The notes under the pieces: generated by a model
The model's input: only the letters and a program-made list of their open reading frames with translations
The model's database searches: none
Told to the model about the DNA's origin: nothing
Program-made: the position numbers and the translations under genes
NCBI GenBank assembly: GCA_910592345.1
Contig: CAJVPI010000211.1
Span: 1-42,385, forward strand
Source: Paraglomus brasilianum
Lineage: Eukaryota
Reading direction: 5' to 3'
Length of the DNA stretch: 42,385 nt
Part shown: in pieces, positions 12,936 to 25,804 of the stretch
Position numbering within the stretch: the stretch's first letter is position 1
Layout: every line of letters starts with the position of its first letter

Positions 12936-13424
12936 AGTAATAGGATTTGACTTTCCCTTCAACATCCTCCGACCCTCCCCCCTTCCTTCCCCCCTCTTTC
13001 ATTCAATTTTTCCTACTGAAGAGATTTATTACATCAATTGTTTGCCAGCATTATTAAATCAATGAATACAAATATGGATGCATAAAATTAAAGTGGGGGG
13101 TTTTTATACGGAGTTAATGTAAATATATAAACTAACATTAACACTATATAAATATGCGCCATTGGCTACGTAGATATATTATGCTATTGGCTATTGCCAT
13201 ATCCAGTTACTTTACTTTCTGTATGCTTTTCCTGTTTATCTTTAAATTATTTATTATTTCCCTGTCATTTATTAGTTAAAACCATATTTTTATGCAAGAG
13301 CGAACCACTCAAATTGAAGAGACTATAATAGAAACAAATAAATACTAAATTCATATAGAATGCAATTGAATAATAAACTAATTATACTTGAAACCCAAAC
13401 AACATAGCCTAGCAAGATTATCGT

Positions 13425-13660
13425 ATGGCTTATTGCAGTGTTGTATTGTGTTATTGCAGTGTTGTATTGGCTATTGCAGTGGTGTATTGGCTTATTGTAG
13501 TGTTGTATTGGCTTATTGCAGTGGTGTATTGGCTTATTGTAGTGTTGTATTGGCTTATTGTAGTGTTGTATTGGCTTGTTGTAGTGTTGTATTGGCTTAT
13601 TGCAGCGTTGTATTGACTTGTTGCAGTGTTGTATTGACTTGTTGCAGTGTTGTATTGGCT
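13425..13660. repeat. 21-bp minisatellite (TTATTGCAGTGTTGTATTGGC)n, about 11 copies
   Basis: Directly visible tandem units. Explains four overlapping repetitive ORFs. Confidence 0.95.
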
Positions 13661-15971
13661 CAACCCACCCCCTGCTAACCATGACATCCTCGTGCAAACT
13701 GACAACTGCGCCATCCATAATTTAAACGTTTCTTTCATCTCCACACTCATGCAATGTTGTGGTTGTCGTCATACACTGCGCATGATATTTCGATTATTAC
13801 CCTTGATCGCGTACATTAGATGTGAAACTGCAATCGTATACGAAAATAGCTCTATACTCATTAGTATTGTTCACAGAGCCAACGAAATAGAGTTGGGAAA
13901 CGTAATCTATATAAAACATCAACATCTATATATAATATCTATAAATAACAAGCACTGGTTATTTGTTAGAAATCAACGCTTCGCAATAGAACTGATGCAC
14001 ATGTGTGTTGCAACTGCATAAAATGTATTTACTGTTGTGTCTCATTTGACTGCATCTATCAATATGACCATAACTGATGAAAGTTATAAACATCGAACAG
14101 CATTATCATATGTCACATTTGTTTGTCGTCGTCATCGGTTTGTTGTTTACTTGGGGCCGGGGGCCTATCGGGGATGGGGAGGGGGAGGGGAGGAAACGGG
14201 TTAATGGAATACGTAAACCGAGCCAAGGGAAAAAGAAATGAAAAAGAAAAAACCAACGCCATAGTGGTTATATCTTACCAGCAGTTTGGCGATAATATAA
14301 CGATAATAACGATAATATCGATAATATCGCAGTTTTACGATCGATGTTCGATATTCGATAAATTACCTTTCGCATATTAGACAATCTCACTAACTGAATG
14401 TGTCACCGGTGGGAAGCATGTGTTGGGCTGTCGGCCATATCAGGTAAATTGGTATTTACCATATTAGGAAACCACAACATAATAATCAAACGAATAGTCT
14501 TGTATAATTATTATGCTGCATAGTTTGCCTTGGTCGAACTGACATGATTGGGAATTTATCCGTTCTCGAGAGTTAATCGGTCTTGTTGCCACGCTTATTG
14601 CTGCTCTTGTTGTCGCTGTTATCAATGTTGTTTTATTAGTGTTATTGTTGTTGTATTGTTGTTTATGTTGTTTATGTTGTATTGTGTTGTTGCTGTTTAT
14701 TGCGTATACTTGCTTGTTGTGAACCCAACAACAAGGTTGATGCTGATGAATTGGGATTAAGAATGGAGGGTCGGTGACAAGAGGGTTAGTCTGACGAGGG
14801 TCATAACAACTCTAATAATGTAAACACTAAATGATACATATATAGAATGATATTTATATAAATAATAATCGCTTGCGTAATGTTATTTTGGTCAAATCAA
14901 CTACACCATTTCTGTCCAGTTGTCATGCTAATTAATTAATTAATTAATTAGAAAATATATATTGTTCTCATACCTGTTGTTGAAACCGTCCATGTTCAAA
15001 CGCATGCTTGCTCTAATTTCTCAAGTCTGGAATCCTCAGCTTCCATCTGTGTAGACGTTGTACCTGCATCATAATTATTATAAAACAACAAACATACCAA
15101 ATAACAAACAAGCCAACAATCGCACAATAATATAGTCATTGATGTATTACTGAGAGATCGTCTGTTTGTTTTGGTTGATGGGATGAAGCGTACGGGTGCT
15201 CTTGTTGGCAAAAAATGTGATTGAGAACGAGAAAGTCAGTTTGAGAATGTGGATGTGGGATAATTCGAGCAAGACAAGCATGGAAATTGATGACATAAGC
15301 AAGGCAATAATCGATGCATTTGATAGTAGCAACATTGCACCAAAACTATCTATAGATGACAGTCTGGACCACATAAATTGAGTGTATTACACGATCAATA
15401 TCATTAACAGGGAATCGTGGTCATCACTGTTGTGAACACAGCGTTATACAGTTTGTCGTACACCTTTGCTTGTTCAGTCCAGGTTCGGGATCGTTGTTGC
15501 TTTTGTCCGCTGTTGCTTTCTTTCGAATAAAGTTCTCGGTCACGCGTAGAATCTACTTACATGACCAAGGATCAACAAACTTGTCGCGTATTTAGCCTTT
15601 AATAACTGTCATGCAGAACCAAGTGTGGTTTGTGGCCACATTATAAAACAAAATACAGCATGGCCGTTTATTTGTTGGTCCATTCTGATGCATCACAAAA
15701 ATGGTGATTACAAATTAACACAGGAAAGTTTAGAAACATATGCTTGCTCAACATATTTAACGAATACTGTTCGCATACCCGACTCGTCGTGTAGCAATCA
15801 CATAGACCGACGCCCTGTTTCATGTGTTGTTACACGCCCACGTCACACGATGAAGAAGAAAGGAAAAAAAGACAAGGAAAAAAAAAAAAAAAGAGAAAAA
15901 AAAAAAAAAGGGCCCACACTGGGGATAGCGGACATTGGATTCCCGATCTGATATTGCAAGTCTTGTTGGGG

Positions 15972-16050
15972 TACTCTTATCTTACTCTTACCCTTACTCT
16001 TACTCTTACCCTTACTCTTACTCTTACTCTTACCCTTACCCTTACGCTTA
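15972..16050. repeat. (TACTCT/TACCCT)n hexamer microsatellite
   Basis: Directly visible. Confidence 0.95.
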
Positions 16051-17445
16051 CACTACATGTACGCCAACTGATCCGTCGGTTATCGGTCTCGTCGTATATC
16101 CAGGATTTGCATGTATATCACATTTTGTTTCTAAAAATATCAAGTTTCAAACTCCACAAAACGGCAATCACCGAGATTAGCGCGCACGCCCAAAATGTGC
16201 CGTGAATCGTTGTGCCCCACCTGCAGTAAAACCTTATATTTATTTAAATTGAAACAATAGTTATAACCTGTTGTGAGATAATACAACTCGTGGCTTTTTA
16301 AATGCTTGTGTTGTACAGATTGGATCATGACATCACGGAGTCGATTACCAAAAAGAAACGAAAAGGCAAAAAAGAAATCTAAGAAAAACACAACCAACTG
16401 GACTGGTTGTCTTCTACAAGCCCACTGTCAATGACGACTAAAGCATTTCTAATGTATTGAAAGCATTTCTAATGTATTTAGACAATTGAAGCATTCCTTT
16501 GAAAATCTTCAATTTTATCATTACCAAGATGATTACGTCGTCGGCAAGATTTGACCCGAATAGAGTATCACATGATAATATACAGATGAAAATTTGTAGC
16601 GCCATGTGTTTGACTAGATTCTCGGTCCAGGCACATCATTCACCCCCAAGTTTTATTTTGTTGATGCGTTGGGTATACTGTATATCCTTGGTTATATATA
16701 GCGGAATGACGGGACAGCGCCAAAGCTCATTCTGACGCAATGATGGGATAGCGCTGACGGACGCAACTCTCCATTTAAAGATGTTTAAGATTCTGTTGCG
16801 GAGAAAAACTGATGTTGCTCCTTCACTCTCACATGTTATCGATATTAATATGCCCAACTGTCAAAGTTTACTCTCATAGATAATGCAAGGCGTAAAAAAG
16901 ACAGGAAATACTTATTAAACCATTAAACGATTTGAGCCTATGAATACGTACGTAATATTAAGAACGCGTGTACCGGAGAAACAATCTTTGCAGCCATCTG
17001 ATGATCGACAATATATCGCCGAAATCTCCGTAGGCTAACGAAAGTAAGTAGCTTGCCAAAAGTCGTTCTAATTTAAGACGCCACACATAATAATGACTAC
17101 TTGTGATTTATTATAAATAGTATTTGATGCGTATCCTTTTCTCAAATCACTTGATTCAATACTCTTAATGTATCGATATTCTATTCCCATAGAACGCTGC
17201 TAGTATAACCTTATTCTGTTATTCACCTGCATAGTTGCAAAACAGTTTTACAATATGTATAAAGAGGAAAGGGACGATAAATTAATTGTACGGCAATAAG
17301 ATGGGGGTGAGAAAAAGAGCTTGAAGGGGGGATGGTTTAAAATTTTTTTAAATCAGCGATCAATCATCAACTTTATTTTTTATTACCAAGACGCTAAGCC
17401 TTTCTCGTGGGTGAATGCAACATTGAAGAGTGAAAGAGGGGGCGG

Positions 17446-17518
17446 GAGAGAAAGGGGAGAGAAAGGGAAGAGAAAGGGAAGAGAAAGGGAAGAGAAAGGG
17501 AAGAGAAAGGGGAGAAAA
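17446..17518. repeat. Polypurine (GAGAAAGGGAA)n repeat
   Basis: Directly visible units of about 11 bp. Confidence 0.9.
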
Positions 17519-18537
17519 ATAACCATAAAACTCTCTCACTTAAAAATATTTGGCGTAAGGAGAGAAGGAGGAGAGACTCGTTGATAAGTTTAAGGGTAGC
17601 GATACTAATACGTCCCAAGTGCGAGTCTTTGTTGATTGCACAAGGATATATTAATGTAAAGTGTTTGCCATATTTGGGACAGAGTTGAATAGATTTGAGG
17701 AGTCAATGGGATAAATAACCAAACCTCTCTTATCGAATATAAAATATACACATGTATCATATGACTTGCGAAAGATAAAGACAAAGAAAGGAGAGAGTAC
17801 AACCATAAAATGATGACAGCCACTTGTTTCACGTTTCGAAACATAAAGATAAGCATAAAGAACAAAGACTATCACAAAACACATTGAGCACGCAACTCTT
17901 ATCTATTCGAGTTTTATTTGTATCTGCTTATCAGTTGGTTCTTTTCGGGAAGAGCCCCCCGCAGTCGTATATGGGGGTTGATCTAATCATAAGATAAGTA
18001 AATATTGTAATATTCGTCATAAAGTCTATTATTTTCCGAATGTTGTCATGTTATTTTATTGCTATTGTGTAGTACATCAGTTTTAATATTAATTTGTAAC
18101 TGTATATCGATATATCGTTGGACGACAATCCTTTTTTTTTTTTTTCCTCTTTTTTTTTGCTCGTCCCTTGTTTGAAGAATCAAAAGATCATTACCGTATT
18201 AAGTTAACCCTATTTGCTCGATGTATCCTTATAGAGACCATATTGCAACAAATAAACCACATGACATTGCCGAAACCACACGCCTTTTATATTTCGGGAA
18301 ATTCCCCCTGTTCGATCAGAGATGTGCATTTTGTTATTATACGTTTAACTTTTTTGCCCGGTGGTTATTTTTAATTTGTAATCTTGTTTACGTCCACGCC
18401 CCCGTCGCGTTTACAAACTTTAAAAGGAATCCCCCCAACAGTCTGAGTGACGTCGATGGCCGAATATCATACCTGTATTACTATATCTTTTCTGGCACTA
18501 AAATGAGAGATATTTATTGACAAGCTGCTGATTTATC

Positions 18538-18569
<32 letters not shown>

Positions 18570-18659
18570 CTATAACCCTAAAATGTCTCAGACTAGCTCT
18601 ACAACATTATTGGCGAGACGTTTTTCCCATTTCCCATCAAACAAATTAAGATTTATTTG

Positions 18660-19010
18660 AACTGGTTACAGAGGGGCGATTGACAAAAAGGTTCGTTCGT
18701 AAACGTTGAAGGTATACCAAATTATAGTTTTAAAAATGGTACATCAAATATCGGTTAAACGATGTGAAAGTATTATTTGTAAATAACTGTAACTTTGATT
18801 AAACAATCACTGAAACATTGGCGCTGCACCCCCTCAAAAACTGTGAAAAAGTGTCCAGACACAATTAAAAGTGTCAATGGCTGTGAGTGAATAAAACACT
18901 TGCATAGCCTCCTAACTTAAATCCTATTGAGAACCACTCACATGTGATTAAGAAAAATGGAATTTAATTCCTGAACCAAACCTTGTCGATAGATGCGACG
19001 CCGTAAACTG
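18660..19010 (+). mobile_element. Highly degenerate Tc1/mariner DDE transposase relic
   Basis: Fragments translate as GAAP (compare DGAPxH), A*PPNLNPIENHSHVIKK (compare WPAQSPDLNPIENLW) and NLVD (compare LVDSMPRR), in the expected order. Multiple stops and frameshifts. Confidence 0.55.
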
Positions 19011-22000
19011 AGGCTAAGACTTATGTAACCAGCTCCAACCTGTTAGCTAAAAAATGTCCTGGTGAATTGTGCTCGAAGAAAAAGTATTCCTTGTCAAAGT
19101 ACATAAAAACCTCGATATCAGTCTTGTTGCCGTAATATATTATCAAGTGAATCTGTAAAGCTTAAGGCGTTTGTACAACGTCAGTTGGTGTTGCGTACAC
19201 AGCGCCAACTCGACTTTAAGGGTCAACTGATTGCTGCGTGCTAGAACTTGTCGTTATTCTTTCGCTATTGTTGAAAAGAATAGGGGTTTTAGATATAATA
19301 GGTAAAATGGATCTTCGCGATGTGGTCAAAAATGTATTTCTAATGACATTTCGAAAAATTACGAAAATTTTCGCGATGAGTCAAGCTGGCATCTGTTTGC
19401 CTTACTGACATCATTCTTGTCATTTTAGGCATTTTCACTTTACATCTTTTACTATTTTTATAGCTGATAAGGCAACCGCTACTATAATTGACAATCTTCT
19501 GATAACGTACAGCTAAATTTAGATAATATCGACAATGTCTAAACTAGTCCATATTTTTTCAAACGCCAGGCAGCCGGGAGAAAAGTATTCTGTTTGATTT
19601 CAATGTTGATTACTAAACGTGGGGTTGCTGCGACAAAAAATTGTAGGGCTCGGTTATGCTTGTCGTTTTTCATTTTCTTAATTTATTATTTAATCGTCTT
19701 CATGAATATTTTTCTCGGTTGAAAATCTTTAAGTCAAAGATCATATCTAAACAAGCATTCTAGTAGGTAGAATTAACACTTTCTAAGCAGAACTCAAAGG
19801 CCAGTGCATTGATATACATGATTTAAGGAGGAAGATTTTATGAAAAGCAGAAGCAAGCTAGGCGAGCTATTAAAAACTTACGCTGGTGAACAAAATAAAA
19901 CAAGAACATAATAATAATACAAAACACTATTCTAGCATTCAACAGTTTTAACACCCTCCCTGAGATCTGCAATTCTACATTCTCTTTATTGCATTAATTA
20001 TAGCGACATATTACTTGCTAATACTAAATTTCATACATTACAAGCACTGAAACACTTATGCGATGATCTTCATGTGCAAATTACAGGTAAAGTTGCCGTT
20101 TCACTAGAGTAGCCATCCCGAATGAAGGTCACTTGCAATAAAATATCACCTTTGAAACTTTTTATAATAAACATGGAATAATATTGTGAAAATTAATTTG
20201 GGAAATCATGAACGATCAAATACAAAATTAATCACAAAGTAAATATTATCATTAATTGTCAAGTAAAGCAACATCACATGTTTACTTCACCATATTAACG
20301 CTAATATTTCTAAGCTCACCTTGCCAAATTGTTTCAAATCGGCAGATGATGTCATAGTGTGTCTCGCAGATTTATGCATGCTGATATGATGTCACTTTTT
20401 TATCACTAGCCAAAACTGCTACGGTACAAGTTTCTATTTAGCAGATTTTTCACAACAAACTAATAAAGCATAGTCCGCACGATACGTGATCCATTCTAAT
20501 CAATTGCAATATCGTTTGTATAGGCTTTGTTTCTTTGCATGCTTATTCTTTTAAAGTTGAAACAATTAATTTTGTTTAAGGTTTAATGGTATTTACATTC
20601 CCGTTCTGTTGAATAATAACGGTAATTAACATTGATATAGGAAAAACGCGGTCAAAAGAAGCCGAAATAGCATTGCCTCAAAAACTACGTACGCATTACG
20701 TCTGACATGATCACACGAAAAGTTAGATGGTTACGTGTTACATAATCAAAAAATTAGACTTTGCATCAAATGTGAAATTGTTAAAGCAATTGTTCAAGAC
20801 TTGGTCATCATATTGCTGAAAATGTTTGCCATGCGGATAACGTATGAGTGGACTTGGATAATACTATAGAAGAGCCGAAGGGCTTCAATTATGACGAGAA
20901 GTTCTAATAAATTGTGAGATTGACCAATTAAAAAAATAATATTGTGCAACACATAATATTGGTGGATTAAACCTTGTCAGAAATACGTGTAATAATGGCA
21001 GACAAAGAATACTTGACGAAATGCTTTATCTTTCCCCAGGTTAAGACGCCAACTATTCCTCGTTCGTCTGTAAAGTTTAAACAAGCACATATGTCGGCTC
21101 TTCAAAAAGAAAACACAAGAGCTTTAGTTATGATCCGCTCGTAGGAAGTGTAATAGTCATGCTAAAAATTCTATCGTTTACCAGCACACAAACCTATCGT
21201 CTGGATTGAAGCGCTTGTACAGTATATCACTAAAAGTTCGCAATTTTAGGCAAAATTAAAGTGAATACTGGATACTATACATACGTTGCCACCTTTTATT
21301 GTTCCGCTCGCCAATCAACCCTTCATCACCATCAACTTACCTCTACGAAAATTGCAATGCCACGAAAGAATAACACGAATTGTAAATTTCATCGGCTATG
21401 TGTTGTAGCTTTAGTGACCCTAATTCAATGCAGGCCTCCTGCAAACATAAAATTAGACACTTTTGCATGATTATGTTTTTGTTATCTCGATATTAGTATA
21501 TCGAAATATTATCCTTCAAATCCGGAAATGTTAATACCGTTGCTACATCGCTGGGATCAATGAAATTATATTTCTTGTACCATGCCAATAGATGAAGCTT
21601 ACGTTTAAAGAAAGGTAATCATGCTATCTGTATATTCTTGTGTATGTCTTACCCTTTGTATTGTGGAACAGTTCCGCACGCATATTTCAGCCTGTGAATG
21701 GTGGAGGCGAAACATTGTTAGAATAAAATATATAACAATGAGGGTCAATATCTATCGTCTCCAACAAATCTGATTCATAAAATCTTCTGTCTGAGGAGCG
21801 AGTACAGGCAGACGCAAAGAACAGTTAGTGTGGCTGATAATGCTTTGCTTTATTCACAGAGCCAGGTAATACTTTAAAAATATATGGCTAACCGAAGAAG
21901 TTTACCAGTTAAACCTGAAAGAATTCAAAATAATTGGTTCAGTACCAGTTCGAATATAATTAAATAAGAGTTCACAATACAGTGCATATGAGCCATTACA

Positions 22001-22202
22001 AATCGCCACAATACGTCATGTCTCAGCCACAGACATAAATTACGCGCATCTAACGATACGCGTTAAAAATTTGACGTGTTGTGCTGTTTGCCAACAAGAA
22101 CTGAGAGAGTCTCATCGTTGAAATCTGTCAACCAAAGACTTTGAACCAAACAATAGGCCTACCTCGTTTATTTCTACAGGCAAGTTGAACATTTATTAAA
22201 GG

Positions 22203-22521
22203 CCAGTGTCCGGCGTCCGTATGGCTTAGCAAAGCGACTCCTGCGGCCGCGGTTTAGGAATGAGGCCCGTAGGATACCCTCTTTGACGTGGTTTGTCTTT
22301 TTGGACGGATCACCTCTTAGTAGTTCAAGCCTTGGTCTTATCTCTAGTACACTGGACGTAGTACTTCCTACACCTGTACGCGCTTAGCTACTTGTTAGCG
22401 ACTCCTGCAGCTGATGCTTGGTGGAGAAATGCATAGGATACCCTCTTTGACGTGATTTAAGCTATTGATTAAATCACCTCGTTGTAGTTCAAGCCTTGCT
22501 CTCTTTACCAGAAAGTACTAC
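22203..22521. ncRNA. Tandem pair of structured RNA-like units with a 164-nt period, unassigned family
   Basis: Identical blocks AGCGACTCCTGC (22233, 22397), TAGGATACCCTCTTTGACGTG (22270, 22434) and GTAGTTCAAGCCTTG (22320, 22484). Each unit is closed by a different perfect stem and carries internal hairpins with different sequence but retained pairing. Confidence 0.55.
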
Positions 22522-22591
22522 CGTCAAGCCAGCAACAACTTGTCAACCTGCTATATGGATATATAACGTATTTTGTATATTAACTGTAGTG

Positions 22592-23800
22592 ATGAACTTT
22601 GAAGAGAACATTGCAACATATTTCGGGTCAACGCAATATCCTCAATGGAGCGTAATGGGAATTTTGCAGTATTTGGCCGAGTATATGGATTACACAAGCA
22701 ATAGCAAAGAAGAAATCAGCAAAGTTCTCGCAAAACATCTGCTTCATATATCTGTTGGCATTAATTTCAAGAAATCTGCAAAGAATAAGGCTAAGAAGCT
22801 TTATGCAGCATTGGATACAACATTATCTCGTGCAGAGATAATACAATTCTTTGATGAGCAAGATGTTAGGTTCTACAAGGTTAGTCATGTGAATCTACAA
22901 ATGTGCTCTGAAATCAAAATGCTTACTTGCATGCTTTATCACAGAAACTTTACAAGATCAATGTTGAAAAGAGTGTAATCAAGGACAAAATATTTGTTGT
23001 AAAAGCAGAGAGCACAAGGTTTTTTGTAAGCATTATTATTATATCTGATCTTATCAATAGTTACTAATGCAATATGTTTGCAATCTTTGAAGGGCAAATC
23101 AGAGCCTGTAATTGAGTCAAATAATCACCCAACAGTTCCTGAAGAACTCAATCTGCAAGTCCTTGAGAAGGATAATGATATAGTTTTGGATGACAATAGT
23201 GATGAGTTTGAAGATGATGACTAGTTGGAGCAAACACTACCCACTTGGTTGCAAAATTACAATGTATTTGTAGTGTTGTTTAGATCTGGAAAAAGGCCTT
23301 GTTTATGAAAAGTAGCAAATTCAGTACAACAATACAAAAGACAGTTATGTCCAGAAGACGTAGATGATGAAGATGGACAGTACAAGAGACTTATAATTAG
23401 TTCTTTAGTTAGAATTTTTCTTGATCTATACAAGTAATGTATCTTATTACTAAGTACATTCTATTACTATATAAGAAGACGACAGCTTGAATGATGCAGT
23501 AAGTGTATACTATAATAAACTTTTTATTAGAAAAAAAAGCTGCAATTCTTTCATTAGACTCAGATCCAGAGTATGCTAAATAAGGAAATGTTGATGAGAA
23601 GACCACAGAAATGATAAATTTTTTTAGAAATTACAAAAGTAACAAGATTCAAGATTATACGTGTTATGGACATGACTCCCAAAATAAAAAGTGCATTTTA
23701 ATTTGCCAAAGAGATTCCAGACAACTTGTACAGGACATATCTTTTGTCATTGGAGTCTTCTGACAATCTGATTCTTCAGCAAGTAGGTGAAGAGACTTAA
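22592..23800 (+). pseudogene. Spliced hypothetical gene, probably pseudogenised after exon 3
   Basis: ATG at 22592 (MNFEENIATYFGSTQYPQWS...), exons 22592-22879, 22945-23025, 23093 onward, with GT..AG introns. TAG at 23222-23224 is followed by broken coding-like sequence with further stops; 3' limit approximate. Confidence 0.6.
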
Positions 23801-25804
23801 GAGCAATTTGCATTTACTGTATTATCCTTCTATTCGAACTTGATCGGTATTGAATCGCTTGCAATAATTTTATGACATAAGTCTAACAAGGTTCCGTTAT
23901 GCATTCGTCACATCGATTTCATGTTTAGTTAACGGTTGGATTTTATTTATCTATTATCGATAGTTTGTTTATTATGGGTGGCACTCTCGTTTGATTGAGT
24001 ACAGTCAACAGTATAAGTAGTTAGTATTAGGGGATGGTAACGGACTGTTGTTTGTTAACATCATTGATTGATATCAATCTTTATTTTTTACAATGGATCA
24101 TTCGGTAATATCATAATATGCAGTTGTTACGTTCAATATAGCTTTGTACATATGTAGTTGCGGTTGTGCTGCATATGGGCGAATTTGTTGAATGAGGAAA
24201 GTTGTTGAATAGAATTTAGTCGTTGGTACAATGTTCACATCGGTTATCTGTTCGTGAAATTGTAACATATGATATGTTAACGTATTATTATAGATATATG
24301 ATTAGCGATGACCTATTTGGTCGATGTTATTGAGGTGCTGTTGTGTAAGCGGGACATTGTCAGTCTGTTGCGACTAGATATAGTTTCTTGTCACAGACTG
24401 ATTTGTGCATTTATATATTTCTGTTATATATGTAAATGGTTCTGCTGTGGTTGTGATTACAAAGTTGCGAGTGCTAACAAAGGCGTGCAATATGCAATTA
24501 AATGTGGTATTGACATAACGAGCAATGCAATCACCGTAAAATTGATGCCAAATCTTATAGGTAATATATACACAAAAGTTGTAACATGTTAGATAGTAAA
24601 ATCATGAATTTACCTAGAGCCGACTTTTATCCTACGAAAAACGCTAAAATTAAGTTATGCAACTTGCATATTTAAACACCCCCCCCCAAAGTTAAAAATT
24701 AATACACATATAACTCACAAATTTTATTTAAAGCTGCTATCGTATCTTGCTTCTTCGTTGAGAAATCGAATTTTGAATCTAGGATACTATTCGGTAGTCA
24801 CCAACCACCCTAAATATTGACATGACGAGCAATGCAATTACTATGAAATTAATACCGCATCTATAATTAACCTTTGTGTTACCAAAAAACTAACATACTT
24901 ACCATACTGTATAAATGACACTTCTATCAATAACTTTCGGATGTATCCGCATGAGATGTTACAAATTTATAAATAATCTTAGCACTCGTCTGCTTAGAAA
25001 GATACGCTTAATATGTTAGCCTAAGATGTTACATGTGCGCAGATGATATGACTACAACGCTTTTCCTTAAATATTCCGTATGAAAATGGATGGCATGAAT
25101 TCTTATTAAATATAAGATAACACGGTTTCCGTACGTCTGAATACGCGAACAATATGGATATGTGTTTGACAAAGAATGATAAGCGGTATATAAATAGCTA
25201 GGATAAAACGACACGTTTTTGAGATGTGGTACATAAATGGCTAGGATGAGTGCTTGTTTAATATTAATATTAATTAGAAATGACACGTGTAACTATCCGG
25301 AATGTTACAAACGTACAGATGATATAAATACTTATTTAATTAGAAATGACACTTTTTCGTATAATTTTCAAATGTGTCCGTCCGGAGATGTTTTATTTTT
25401 AGAAATAAACTAAAATGGCCTATAACTCATGGCCGGAATATTTGTAAGACACGTTCCAGACAAAACCCATAAACAAATCAGCAGCTTAATTGAGTCCGAA
25501 TTTGTTTATTTCTACCTGTGTAGATGATAGCGAGGAGAATCGTTATTAGTGCTAGCACGGCAATTCTAGCTTGGAAACTGTACGTGCATTTCTTCTCCGA
25601 CAGGATGATGCAGAGAAATATACACCCTTGTTACAAAACATTAAATAAGCTCAACGCATCAAACTAAAATTGACACACATTTTTCTTAACGCGTAGTTTG
25701 ACTTTGATAAAACCGAAAAGAATACTTTAATTTTGATCATCGGATTGGTCGCAAGATATTATTTACGAACCGGTTATTGAAGTAAAAAATAACTAATTAT
25801 TCTA

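Noticed and set aside
12690..13002. Cys/Met/Tyr-rich ORFs resembling metallothionein
   Set aside because: Translations of a microsatellite.
13323..13750. Repetitive ORFs (KPIQHYN / SQYNTT) and a CRISPR-like look
   Set aside because: Contiguous 21-bp minisatellite with no unique spacers; open in several frames only because of the repeat.
14996..15381. Three short overlapping ORFs
   Set aside because: No motifs, mostly non-ATG starts, no splice model.
17952..17987. Helitron-like 3' end (hairpin followed by CTAA)
   Set aside because: Weak stem, atypical spacing, no 5' TC end or Rep/helicase relic.
21540..21870. Coding-like fragments with possible splice sites
   Set aside because: No consistent frame or recognisable family.
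22270..22290. TPP riboswitch or twister ribozyme identity for the 164-nt units
   Set aside because: ATACCC..TTTGA and TTCAAGCC give only superficial resemblance; CUGAGA, the TPP P4/P5 arm and the twister pseudoknots could not be built.
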